Translations under genes and position numbers: made by a program
Shown: positions 37,731 through 46,527 of the stretch, one piece after another
Position numbering within the stretch: position 1 is the stretch's first letter
Layout of the letters: every line of letters begins with the position of its first letter
Source of the DNA: Patescibacteria group bacterium
Lineage (GTDB): Bacteria > Patescibacteriota > Microgenomatia > UBA8517
Assembly: GCA_035260845.1 (NCBI GenBank)
Contig: DATFUL010000008.1
Location: forward strand, 5,709-69,708
DNA length: 64,000 bases
Reading direction: 5' to 3'
The notes under the pieces: generated by a model
Seen by the model: the letters and a program-made list of their open reading frames with translations, nothing else
Database searches by the model: none
Told to the model about the DNA's origin: nothing

Positions 37731-38882
37731 ATGCCAGCGGAACAAAATCCAAATAGTGAAAAATTTTCTGCCCGGAAAGTTCGTGCTGGTGCAATTGCTT
37801 ACTACTATCAAGGCTTCATCGAGTCAGCCCAAGAAAATGGGATAGAACTTAATGATCAACATAAAATTGTTAAAGGTGTAAAAAGATTCTTGGATGAATA
37901 TAAAACATTAATGGGTGGAGTAATGCCCACAATGGATCAACTCCTTGAATTTAAGGAGCAGACAATGGCTGTTGCAGAACTTCAGAAAAAAGAAAGTCAT
38001 TTGAGTCAGCGTGATTTTATAAGAGCCAATAAAGACAAATTTGACATAGATTTACTGGGAAGTGCAGCAAACACAAGGCTTATCCGTTCGTATCAAGACT
38101 TTGAAAATAAAGGCGGATTTTTAATGAATTTACTTCCTATTTATTTAGGTAAGCTTACATATGGCATAGGCGGCGATATTGACCGCGATCCAGATGAAAA
38201 CGCATGGGCAAGTGCTTTTTTGATGGATAAAGCAACCGACAGAATAATTAACGACTTGGCCTTTGAATTTAGTGGTTACAATACCGTTCTAGAGTTGGGT
38301 GCAGGCAGTGGCAATTTTTCCAAAAAGTTTTTAAATAAACATGAAGATGGATATGCAGTTGTAACAGACAAAAATCCTGAAACTCAAAAAACGGTAAGAG
38401 AAAATTTAAAGTCATCAGAATCATTTGAAGGGATAGATTTTGATGTTTCGGAATTGGATATGAAAGATACTGAGGGGTTAAAAAGAATAGCAGAGAAACT
38501 AGGGAACCAGAAAATTATTTTACATATTGGTTATATTCTTCATGAGAATTGGGAATTGGCGCTTGAGACTCTGAACTCTCTTTCAGAAGTTTTTAAAGAA
38601 AAAAATGTAATTTTTGCTTTCTCAGAATATTATTTACAGGATGAAATAACAGATGAAGTCCCATTGGATTTTCAAGGTCTTCATTATCCAACTCAAGATT
38701 TACTCAGTAGAGATGAACTTATGGTAATTGCAAATCACTATGGTTTTGTAAGGTGTAGAGATAGAAAAGGGAATGATATGGAAACTGTTCATAACTACAC
38801 AACTCGCATTAATCCAGATGGCTCAGAATCAAGGGAAATAATGAATTCCACCACTTACTGGACACTCTCTTCTCCTGTATAA
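37731..38882 (+). CDS. Two-domain protein: N-terminal unknown domain + C-terminal class I SAM methyltransferase
   Basis: VLELGAGSGNFSKKF (motif I) at ~aa 185. The N-terminal ~180 aa have no recognisable motif. Confidence 0.55.
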   Translation: MPAEQNPNSEKFSARKVRAGAIAYYYQGFIESAQENGIELNDQHKIVKGVKRFLDEYKTLMGGVMPTMDQLLEFKEQTMAVAELQKKESHLSQRDFIRANKDKFDIDLLGSAANTRLIRSYQDFENKGGFLMNLLPIYLGKLTYGIGGDIDRDPDENAWASAFLMDKATDRIINDLAFEFSGYNTVLELGAGSGNFSKKFLNKHEDGYAVVTDKNPETQKTVRENLKSSESFEGIDFDVSELDMKDTEGLKRIAEKLGNQKIILHIGYILHENWELALETLNSLSEVFKEKNVIFAFSEYYLQDEITDEVPLDFQGLHYPTQDLLSRDELMVIANHYGFVRCRDRKGNDMETVHNYTTRINPDGSESREIMNSTTYWTLSSPV

Positions 38883-38911
38883 TGGGAACTTCGTGAGGAA
38901 TATTTACCCGT

Positions 38912-40102
38912 ATGTTTAAAGGAAACAGAAACTTACTAATCATTGCCCTTATCGCGCTTGTAAACATGCTTGGCTATGGAATTATTATTCCAATTCTTTA
39001 TTCTTATTCCAAAAAGTTTGGCCTAACAGATTTTCAAAATGGCCTTCTTTTCGCATTATTTTCCATTTGTCAGTTTATATCAACCCCGATTATCGGAAGA
39101 CTTTCAGACAAGTACGGCAGGCGGCCAATGCTTTTAATTTCGATAATTGGAACCGCAGTCTCATTTTTTGTAATGGCCTTTGCTCCGAGCGCAATTTTTC
39201 TTTTTATAGCGCGTGCTGTTGATGGACTTACAGCAGGCAACATCCCAGTCATTTTTGCTGTTATTTCTGATTCAACTAAACCCGAGGAACGTGCCAAAGC
39301 ATTTGGTTTAATTAGCGCCGCATTTAATTTTGGCTTTATTTTTGGCCCTGCAACGGCCGCATTAACTATTCATTTTGGAACTCCCGTACCTTTTATTATT
39401 GCGGGAACAATCACTGTAATTGCCGCAACTCTTACTGCGATTTATTTGCCGGAAACAAACAAACACATGAATGAAGGCGTTGTAAAGCATAGTAAATTAA
39501 TCGATTTTCCAAAGCTTTGGCACACCTTGTTTGATCCAAATGTCGGAATGACGTTTCTTATTTCTTTAGTCTTTTTCTTAGCATTTTCCTGCGCCGTTAT
39601 TTATGGCTTTCAACCGTTCTTAATCAATGTCTTAAAAATTTCGGCTTCAACTAATGCGGTTTTGTTTACTATTTTTGGCATAATCGGTCTTATTTCGCAA
39701 ACTTTCTTTGTTGAGATGGTTTCCAAAAAGTTAGGGATGAAGAAAGCTTTTACAGTCTCGATTCTTTTTACTTTTGTAGCATTTGTGATTATGTATTTGT
39801 CCCACGCACTGCCTATTTTTATTGTTGCCATGGTAATCCTGTCTTTATTTAATAGTGTTGTTCAAACTTTGATTCCAACAATTTTATCTAACGAAGCAGA
39901 TGCAAGTTCCCAGGGCTCTGTAATGGGACTTAATTCTTCGTATCAGAGTATTGGCATGATTATTGGCCCAATTTTAGGTGGGCTAGTTGCGACCATTTCT
40001 GTTCCACTTCCATTTTTGGTTGGAGCCCTTCTTGTTTTGGTTTGCTATTTTATGTCCTCCAAAATTCTAAGGCCTGGAGTTAAAAAAGAATCAGCCTTTT
40101 AG
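38912..40102 (+). CDS. MFS transporter (drug/metabolite:H+ antiporter-type exporter)
   Basis: GRLSDKYGRRPML (MFS motif A), 12 TM helices and motif-C-like GPILGG. Confidence 0.8.
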   Translation: MFKGNRNLLIIALIALVNMLGYGIIIPILYSYSKKFGLTDFQNGLLFALFSICQFISTPIIGRLSDKYGRRPMLLISIIGTAVSFFVMAFAPSAIFLFIARAVDGLTAGNIPVIFAVISDSTKPEERAKAFGLISAAFNFGFIFGPATAALTIHFGTPVPFIIAGTITVIAATLTAIYLPETNKHMNEGVVKHSKLIDFPKLWHTLFDPNVGMTFLISLVFFLAFSCAVIYGFQPFLINVLKISASTNAVLFTIFGIIGLISQTFFVEMVSKKLGMKKAFTVSILFTFVAFVIMYLSHALPIFIVAMVILSLFNSVVQTLIPTILSNEADASSQGSVMGLNSSYQSIGMIIGPILGGLVATISVPLPFLVGALLVLVCYFMSSKILRPGVKKESAF

Positions 40103-40151
40103 AATAAATCTTCTAGAGTATAGACATCAAATGTTAAAATAAAATGAGGAG

Positions 40152-40343
40152 GTGATAGTTATGGCCAAGTATGGAAAACTAGCCCAAAAAAAAGTTGAGA
40201 GGGCAGTAAAAGAATACAAAAAAGGAAATCTCAAAAGCGGAAGAAGCGGACTAAAAGTTAAAAAGCTTAAACAAGCTGTCGCAATTGGACTTTCAGAAGC
40301 GCGGAAAATGGGAGCAAAAATGCCCCCTTATCCCAAGAAGTAA
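40152..40343 (+). CDS. Small basic protein (63 aa)
   Basis: Strong SD (AGGAGGTGA) 7 nt upstream. Lys-rich. No family assigned. Confidence 0.35.
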   Translation: MIVMAKYGKLAQKKVERAVKEYKKGNLKSGRSGLKVKKLKQAVAIGLSEARKMGAKMPPYPKK

Positions 40344-40382
40344 GACATAGCGACAGCGTTATCCTCAAAGTTAAATCGAAGA

Positions 40383-40808
40383 TTATTTTAGTAATGACTG
40401 GGGGTCGACCAATTCCCATTCTTGTTCGATTAGCTTTTCGTCGAGTGGATTTGCCTTTTGCCAGTCCACGCCAGACTTTGGAATCCAAACACCCTTAACG
40501 GGAAATCTACTACCTTTCGGTATTTCCCTACCATATTTAGTGTTTAGGTCTTCTGACAACTCGCCTTGTAATACAGCTGGGGAGTGGTGGAGCTCTTTTG
40601 CTCTTAATATGGATAACACCATTGCCCATCCAGGAGCGTCTCCAACATATTGGATTACATTAGGTTCAACATGTTTATTCTCTTTTGATTTATCAAAAAA
40701 GACGCCATCTTTTTCTACGACTGCACATTTTTTATAGTTTTCAAGCGTAGTTGCAAAGTGAATTGTTGTTTGCGGTTCTATTTCACTCCTATCTGGGCTT
40801 TTAGGCAT
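40383..40808 (-). CDS. Hypothetical protein (141 aa)
   Basis: ORF only. Confidence 0.3.
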   Translation of the reverse strand: MPKSPDRSEIEPQTTIHFATTLENYKKCAVVEKDGVFFDKSKENKHVEPNVIQYVGDAPGWAMVLSILRAKELHHSPAVLQGELSEDLNTKYGREIPKGSRFPVKGVWIPKSGVDWQKANPLDEKLIEQEWELVDPQSLLK

Positions 40809-40893
40809 AATTAGATTTTAACATATTGAATTAGTTCGATTCCTTTTGCTGGTTGATCTATCTTGGTATATAAGCTGAGTTCGAGAAAAGCTG

Positions 40894-40964
40894 CAGGGTC
40901 GGATGGAATCGAACCATCATTAGCGGTTTTGGAGACCGCTGTCCTGCCGTTGAACGACGACCCT
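40894..40964 (-). tRNA. tRNA-Trp (anticodon CCA)
   Basis: Acceptor AGGGTCG/CGACCCT, anticodon stem GCGGT/ACCGC with loop CTCCAAA, T-arm GATGG-TTCGATT-CCATC. Confidence 0.75.
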
Positions 40965-41014
40965 ATAAAGTGAATTATATCAAGGCTAGGGAACAAAAGC
41001 TAAAGAAAAGTGGA

Positions 41015-41200
41015 TTATTTAAGTTTTGAGGACTCTTTATGAAGCTGGACTTTCTTGCAAAATCTACAATACTTTTTAAGACCAAGTTTACCTTTGCCTT
41101 TTACATCCATGTTAATTTTATTCCTGTCTGTAACATAATTTTGGTTTTTACAGATAGAACAAACTAATGCAACAATTTCGCGAGCTCCTTTTTTAGCCAT
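41015..41200 (-). CDS. rpmG: 50S ribosomal protein L33
   Basis: MAKKGAREIVALVCSICKNQNYVTDRNKIN...KKYCRFCKKVQLHKE shows the L33 zinc-ribbon pattern. Confidence 0.8.
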   Translation of the reverse strand: MAKKGAREIVALVCSICKNQNYVTDRNKINMDVKGKGKLGLKKYCRFCKKVQLHKESSKLK

Positions 41201-41252
41201 GAGAGTATTCTAACACAGGCACTAGCCTCTAGGGAATAGTCACTACGATATG

Positions 41253-41324
41253 AGCCTGAAGTGGGAATCGGACCCACGACCCCGTTCTTACCAAGAACGT
41301 GCTCTGCCACTGAGCTACCCAGGC
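41253..41324 (-). tRNA. tRNA-Thr (anticodon GGT)
   Basis: GCCTGGGTAGCTCAGTGGCAGAGCACGTTCTTGGTAAGAACG...: anticodon loop TTGGTAA. Confidence 0.75.
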
Positions 41325-41328
41325 ACTG

Positions 41329-41413
41329 TGCTGAGGACAGGATTCGAACCTATGTAGCCCTTTCGGGCGAGAGATTTACAGTCTCTTGCGATTGTCCACT
41401 CCGCCACCTCAGC
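41329..41413 (-). tRNA. tRNA-Tyr (anticodon GTA), type II with long variable arm
   Basis: Acceptor GCTGAGG/CCTCAGC, anticodon stem AGAGA/TCTCT with loop CTGTAAA, long variable arm CGCCCGAAAGGGC. Confidence 0.8.
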
Positions 41414-41414
41414 C

Positions 41415-41490
41415 TGGAGCCGGGAAGAGGATTCGAACCCCCGACCTTTGCTTTACAAAAGCATTGCTCTACCAGCTGAGCTATCCCGGC
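41415..41490 (-). tRNA. tRNA-Thr (anticodon TGT), CCA encoded
   Basis: GCCGGGATAGCTCAGCTGGTAGAGCAATGCTTTTGTAAAGCAA...TCCCGGCTCCA: anticodon loop TTTGTAA. Confidence 0.75.
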
Positions 41491-41713
41491 TTAAAAAACT
41501 TACTGGCAAGGAGAATTATATCAAATTTTGAAGCAAAATTGACCCCATCATCAAGGGGCCGGCACTCTTCCTGGAATTCTCCAGGTGGGTAGGCTGCCTT
41601 CCATCGATTGCTCTTTGGCCGGACTCCGCCTTCCCAATTAAATAAAATAGTCAGAAAGATTGACCGGAACACCTTTTTAACAGGGTCAATTAATTATACC
41701 ATCCGAAGCAAGC

Positions 41714-42349
41714 TCAGATTGTTCCGAATCCTGGGACTAATAAGTTCAAAACGAAGCTAATTGCTGGGTCTATTACTGCTGTAATTAAAGAAGTTCCGCC
41801 GAATGGAAATATTAAAACCAGAAGCATAATCATTCCATATTTAGATAAAAACATATCAACTTCATTGGCTTCTTTTTTAGGTAAAATTCCAACTAAAATT
41901 TTACCTCCATCTAGGGGGTGAACTGGAACAAGATTAAATACCGCAAGGGCTACATTAAGTAAAATAACAGGGTAGGTTAGAGCAAAAATAGCTTCTGTTG
42001 GAAAAATCCTAAGTATTATTGCGAGCAGAGTGGCCAAAAGCATATTACTTAGCGGGCCGGCCAGAGAAATCAGAGCAGAATCTTTTTTGGGATTTTCTAA
42101 GTTGTATGGGTCAATCGGTACGGGTTTTGCCCAACCAAAAGGGATAACTGGGATACCAATCGAGCGCATTATGACAAGAACTAAGAGTAGGGTAGTGCCC
42201 ACAGGGTCATAATGTTTTATAGGGTTAAGGCTGAGGCGTCCAAGGAGCCTAGCTGTAGGGTCTCCGAGCCTGTCTGCCATCCAGGCATGGGAGGCCTCGT
42301 GGATTGTTATAGTTATGGCAAAAGCGGCTATCCAAATTATGATTTCCAT
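41714..42349 (-). CDS. M50-family site-2 protease-like membrane metalloprotease (small form)
   Basis: ITIHEASHAWMADRLGD (HExxH in TM1) and GRLSLNPIKHYDPVGT, typical of small SpoIVFB-like M50 proteins. Confidence 0.7.
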   Translation of the reverse strand: MEIIIWIAAFAITITIHEASHAWMADRLGDPTARLLGRLSLNPIKHYDPVGTTLLLVLVIMRSIGIPVIPFGWAKPVPIDPYNLENPKKDSALISLAGPLSNMLLATLLAIILRIFPTEAIFALTYPVILLNVALAVFNLVPVHPLDGGKILVGILPKKEANEVDMFLSKYGMIMLLVLIFPFGGTSLITAVIDPAISFVLNLLVPGFGTI

Positions 42350-42397
42350 TGCGATCAGGGTCGATTAATAGTATAATCTACCACAGCTAAAAATTAT

Positions 42398-42646
42398 ATG
42401 GCATACATTTGCGACAATTGCGGAAAAGGCATGGTTTACGGCAGACAAAGCACTCACCACAGAGGGGTAGCTGGAAAACGTTGGAAAAAACGTGCCCAAG
42501 TTACTCTTAGAACCTTTAAGCCCAACTTACAAAAGGTTTCTATTATGCTCTCTGGAGTTAAGACCCAAATGAGACTTTGTACAGATTGTATTAGCAGATT
42601 CAAGAAAGACGGAAAAATGGGAGCTTCAAAATTTGCCGCAGTTTAG
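42398..42646 (+). CDS. rpmB: 50S ribosomal protein L28
   Basis: MAYICDNCGKG...RTFKPNLQKV fits the L28 pattern (RxFxPNLQ). Confidence 0.8.
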   Translation: MAYICDNCGKGMVYGRQSTHHRGVAGKRWKKRAQVTLRTFKPNLQKVSIMLSGVKTQMRLCTDCISRFKKDGKMGASKFAAV

Positions 42647-42651
42647 GCTAG

Positions 42652-42882
42652 TTATTTAGCATCTTTTCCACCACTGAGTTTTCCTTGGCCTTTTAGTCTT
42701 GGTGGATGAAATCTTATTGCCGTAGTGTTTGTGGTTCCAGATACTTTGCCATCTCTTTTGTGCTGGAGAGCTATACCTGGAGGCAAGTGTAATGCATCTA
42801 CTTTGTCGTCATTGCTGTTTAGACACAAATCTCGTTGTTCACAGATATTTCTAATAAATGGACTACAATGTTCACAAATCAT
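42652..42882 (-). CDS. Small zinc-ribbon protein (possible divergent L31-like fragment)
   Basis: N-terminal CEHCSPF...CEQRDLC is a four-Cys cluster reminiscent of L31 CxxCHPF. The rest does not align confidently. Confidence 0.3.
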   Translation of the reverse strand: MICEHCSPFIRNICEQRDLCLNSNDDKVDALHLPPGIALQHKRDGKVSGTTNTTAIRFHPPRLKGQGKLSGGKDAK

Positions 42883-42906
42883 AATCAGCTATTATACATA
42901 TTTTTT

Positions 42907-43761
42907 TTATCCCAATTTGAAGTCCTTATAGGCCTCTTTGAATTGTTTATAAGGAACAGGCAGTTTTCCCTCAAGTTGAACCTCATCTAACACTAATTTT
43001 CCATCTTCAACATGGCTTCTAAGGAATTTTAACCTTTTCTCGTTTGGTAAATATGTCCAAGCTCCTGGCCAGGGGAACATGGCGCGAATAAAACGTTCTG
43101 CCTCAGTAGCACTTTTTTCTTTAAGATCAATAAAACCATCTTGCTTGGTAACTAATTTTGTATATGTTGCTTCGTCTTCATCCTGTTTTTTTAACTTTAT
43201 TTTTCCTTGCATGTATGGAGTAAGAGTCTCGATTAATACCTGAGCGCTTTTTTCAAATAATCTATCTCTTAAGACGTCAGAAGTATCTGATTCAAGAATA
43301 TCTTCCTTAAATTGGGTAATTATTGGGCCGTGGTCCATTTTGCTGTCCATTTTAAGAATAGTGACACCTGTTTTTTCATCGCCATTTTTAATAGCGGCAG
43401 GAACTGGGGAAGCACCCCTATATTTAGGTAATAGAGAGGGGTGAATTACCAAAATTCCCTGGGGGAACAAATTGATTACTTCCTGGGTAATAATTTCACC
43501 GTATGAAGCTAAAACTCCAAGCTCAATATCTAAATTTGCATCCAATAATTCGTTGGCTGAATAGAATGTCGGAACTTTATGCTCATGTGCCCATTTATCA
43601 ATCGGGGAATAAGAAAGATATTGTTTGCGTCCAACTGGTTTTGGGGAAGCAGTTACAACCCCAGCAATAGGGGAAGTTCCAGGGCCTGTAACAAATTCAT
43701 GATGAATTTTGGTCAAAATTGGCAAAATGTAATCTGGTGTACCAAAAAAGACTATTTTCAT
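42907..43761 (-). CDS. fmt: Methionyl-tRNA formyltransferase
   Basis: MKIVFFGTPDYILPIL and the HPSLLPKYRG (SLLP) motif. Directly downstream of def. Confidence 0.85.
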   Translation of the reverse strand: MKIVFFGTPDYILPILTKIHHEFVTGPGTSPIAGVVTASPKPVGRKQYLSYSPIDKWAHEHKVPTFYSANELLDANLDIELGVLASYGEIITQEVINLFPQGILVIHPSLLPKYRGASPVPAAIKNGDEKTGVTILKMDSKMDHGPIITQFKEDILESDTSDVLRDRLFEKSAQVLIETLTPYMQGKIKLKKQDEDEATYTKLVTKQDGFIDLKEKSATEAERFIRAMFPWPGAWTYLPNEKRLKFLRSHVEDGKLVLDEVQLEGKLPVPYKQFKEAYKDFKLG

Positions 43762-43765
43762 TTCG

Positions 43766-44305
43766 TTAGATTAATTCCACCTCTTCCCATTCGTCATTTT
43801 CCACTTTATATAGTGGTTTTTTCTCTTCCAATAAATGGTCTACAAAAAGTATACCGTTTAAGTGATCGATTTCGTGAAGAATAATTTGTGCGTCAAAATC
43901 TCTAAATTCCTCTATCATTTTTTCGCCTTTTTCGTTCAAATAGTCAATTTTTACAGCTTTGGCACGTTTTAATGGGCCATAATAAAAAGGCAAAGAAAGG
44001 CAGCCTTCTAAAATTTCTTTCTTAGTCTTTTTCTCTTTTTCAGCTTTAGACATGTCGGTAACTTTTAAGATTTTTGGATTTATAACAACCTTATTGAAAG
44101 ATTTGTAGTTACAAATAAAAACCTGTAAGTTTTTGCCGATTTGGGGAGCTGCTAGGCCAATTCCTTCCGGATCTTTTTGTACCGCCAAAGTGTCTTTTAG
44201 GTCGCGAATTAACTGCAAAACCTTTTTATCCACCTTGCCGACAGCTTTGGATTTGGTTCTAAGTATTGTGTTTCCCGACTGTAGAATTTTCTGAATCATG
44301 CTCAA
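43766..44305 (-). CDS. def: Peptide deformylase
   Basis: GIGLAAPQIG, EGCLSLP and HEIDHLNG are the three PDF motifs. Confidence 0.9.
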   Translation of the reverse strand: MSMIQKILQSGNTILRTKSKAVGKVDKKVLQLIRDLKDTLAVQKDPEGIGLAAPQIGKNLQVFICNYKSFNKVVINPKILKVTDMSKAEKEKKTKKEILEGCLSLPFYYGPLKRAKAVKIDYLNEKGEKMIEEFRDFDAQIILHEIDHLNGILFVDHLLEEKKPLYKVENDEWEEVELI

Positions 44306-44360
44306 TTATAGCATGATTGCCGAAAACACGGAACAATTCAATATCTGAATTGTTGACGAT

Positions 44361-46370
44361 CTATTTGATATTTGCCAAAGCTTGGATAGCAGTTTGATTT
44401 TTTGGATCAAGGTTGGCCAAAATATAATTAAGCTGATTTTTGGCCTCATTATTATTGCCTAAATGCACAAGAAGTGCTGCATATTCAATTCTGGCATCTG
44501 TGTAATTTGCCTTAAGATCAACGGCAGTTTTAAGAGTCTCACTAGCCGATTTATAATCACCGAGGTTGGCCTGAGTAATACCGAGGTTGTAGAAAAGTTT
44601 GGCGTCGGTTGGTGCTAGTTTTATGGCTGTTAAAAGCATATCTCTTGCATCATTAAGATATTTTTCATCAACTATAGAAAGTCTTATATAAACACTAAAA
44701 GCGCTGCGCCATAAATTAATATTTGCAGGTGCCAAACTAACAGCCTTTTGTATTGCTAGAGCGCTGCAGTTTGTAAATTCGGCAGTACTGCTTGCGTCTT
44801 TGGCTTGATTATAAGCTAAAGCAACTGCAGTGTATGAGTTTGCCATCTCTCCGTAATACATTGCTTGCGAAGGTGCAAGTTTTACAGCCTTAGTTATTGC
44901 CGGAATTGCAAGATCAGGCCTTGGAACACTATTTAGGGCGTGGGCTTTGCTGTACAAAACATCTGCATACCAATAACGGGATATCAAAGTTAAAAGGCAA
45001 AAGGTAAAAATTAAAAGTATTGAAATAGTAATTTTTTGTGAAGAATCTAGTTGTGTAACATTTTTACTTTTTCCTTCCTCGATTTTAGCTACGGCAAATG
45101 CAACTGCTGGGAATAAAAATAATTCTAATTGAGTAGGAACTACGGAAAATCCAAAGAAGTTTGAGACAGATAAACTTACAAAACCTGCAAAAATTGCAAA
45201 ATTTAGGGTTTTATTTTCACCTTTAGTTTTAAGAATGACAAAACCAAAAAAACCCAAAAGTGTTAAGTACGAAAGTAATCCGACAGTACCTGTAGTTGCT
45301 GCGAAGTTTAAAAATTCATTGTGGGCTTTGTTGTAAATAAAATCCCACTCAGAAGTTAAATTATGTGCGGCGGGTCTATAAAGATAGTAGGAATAGGCGA
45401 AAGTTTCGACTCCTGTTCCAAAAATTGGGTAGTGAAGCCAAACTTGTAGGGCTCCCTGCCAGACAATTTTTCTTATTGTGCCTGATTCTGTGCCACCAGT
45501 CTCAAGCGCGGTTCCTTGTGGTTTAGCAACTTGTTGGATTTTAGATTTATTCAATAATTCATTAATACTTGGAGTGAACTGTGTTCCGGAAATTAAACCA
45601 ATTGCAAGAAATGAAAAACCAATAATTAAAAGTGGACTCAAAATAGACTTTATATTTTTTCGCTCTTGCCAAAGATAAAAAGTCCAGAAAACAATGGAAG
45701 CTACGGCAAAGCCTAAAAGGCCGGATCTAGACTTAGTAAATATTAGTGTCCAGGAAAAAAGTATTGAAATTACAAAATAACCCCAGAAACTTAAAGATTT
45801 TACTTTTGATTTAATTAGAAGTGCCCAAGCAATTGGAATTAAAGCTGTAAGCCATGCCGCAAGCCAGTTAGGTTGCCCAAGAGATGAAAAAACACGGGAT
45901 TGCACATCTTGTACCCAAACATCTTTATCTATTCCAAAATGTTCTAAAACACCATATGTGGTCACAAGAACGCCTGATGCAAGCCAGATTTTTATTAGTT
46001 TTAATGTATCATCTTTTTCAAAATTGCTTACAAAAGCCCAGTAGAGCAATGAGTAACAAATAATGGAGAGGAGACCCCCGTTAAAGCGTGAGTAATAACC
46101 AAAAACAGAAGTGTAAAAATCAATTGAAAAAATAGTTGAAACAATCTGAGATCCCAAGAATATTAAAAGTGGAATATCTAACATTGTGCGACGGAATATT
46201 ATTTTTCCTTCTCTAATACATCTAATTGCCCAGGCACTTGCAATTAATGTGCTTAATATATAAACCAAAACAATTTTATTGAATTCAAAAACCTCGGAAG
46301 TATACGGCCACAGAACCAAAGGAACAAAAAACATCAATATGGCAAAAAGATAGAAGATTAACTTTCGCAT
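44361..46370 (-). CDS. O-antigen ligase/polymerase-like (Wzy_C) polytopic membrane protein with C-terminal TPR repeats
   Basis: About 12 TM helices with a Wzy_C-like loop, then about 200 aa of TPR-like repeats (AxxYxxLG...). Confidence 0.6.
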   Translation of the reverse strand: MRKLIFYLFAILMFFVPLVLWPYTSEVFEFNKIVLVYILSTLIASAWAIRCIREGKIIFRRTMLDIPLLIFLGSQIVSTIFSIDFYTSVFGYYSRFNGGLLSIICYSLLYWAFVSNFEKDDTLKLIKIWLASGVLVTTYGVLEHFGIDKDVWVQDVQSRVFSSLGQPNWLAAWLTALIPIAWALLIKSKVKSLSFWGYFVISILFSWTLIFTKSRSGLLGFAVASIVFWTFYLWQERKNIKSILSPLLIIGFSFLAIGLISGTQFTPSINELLNKSKIQQVAKPQGTALETGGTESGTIRKIVWQGALQVWLHYPIFGTGVETFAYSYYLYRPAAHNLTSEWDFIYNKAHNEFLNFAATTGTVGLLSYLTLLGFFGFVILKTKGENKTLNFAIFAGFVSLSVSNFFGFSVVPTQLELFLFPAVAFAVAKIEEGKSKNVTQLDSSQKITISILLIFTFCLLTLISRYWYADVLYSKAHALNSVPRPDLAIPAITKAVKLAPSQAMYYGEMANSYTAVALAYNQAKDASSTAEFTNCSALAIQKAVSLAPANINLWRSAFSVYIRLSIVDEKYLNDARDMLLTAIKLAPTDAKLFYNLGITQANLGDYKSASETLKTAVDLKANYTDARIEYAALLVHLGNNNEAKNQLNYILANLDPKNQTAIQALANIK

Positions 46371-46527
46371 TTAGCCATTCTAACGTACTTGAATAAGCAA
46401 ATCTACAAATAAGCAAATATTTGCAGATTTTGAATTTGGATATTTGAATATTTTGTCTGAGTGGGTATACTGCGTTGCGTATAAGCAGAGCTTGGCAAAA
46501 TAATATTTATATGAAAGGAGAAGTTTT

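Noticed and set aside
42652-42882. Calling this ORF ribosomal protein L31
   Set aside because: Only the CxxCxPF zinc-knuckle resembles L31. The N-terminal half of L31 is missing and the C-terminus does not align. Kept as a low-confidence zinc-ribbon protein.
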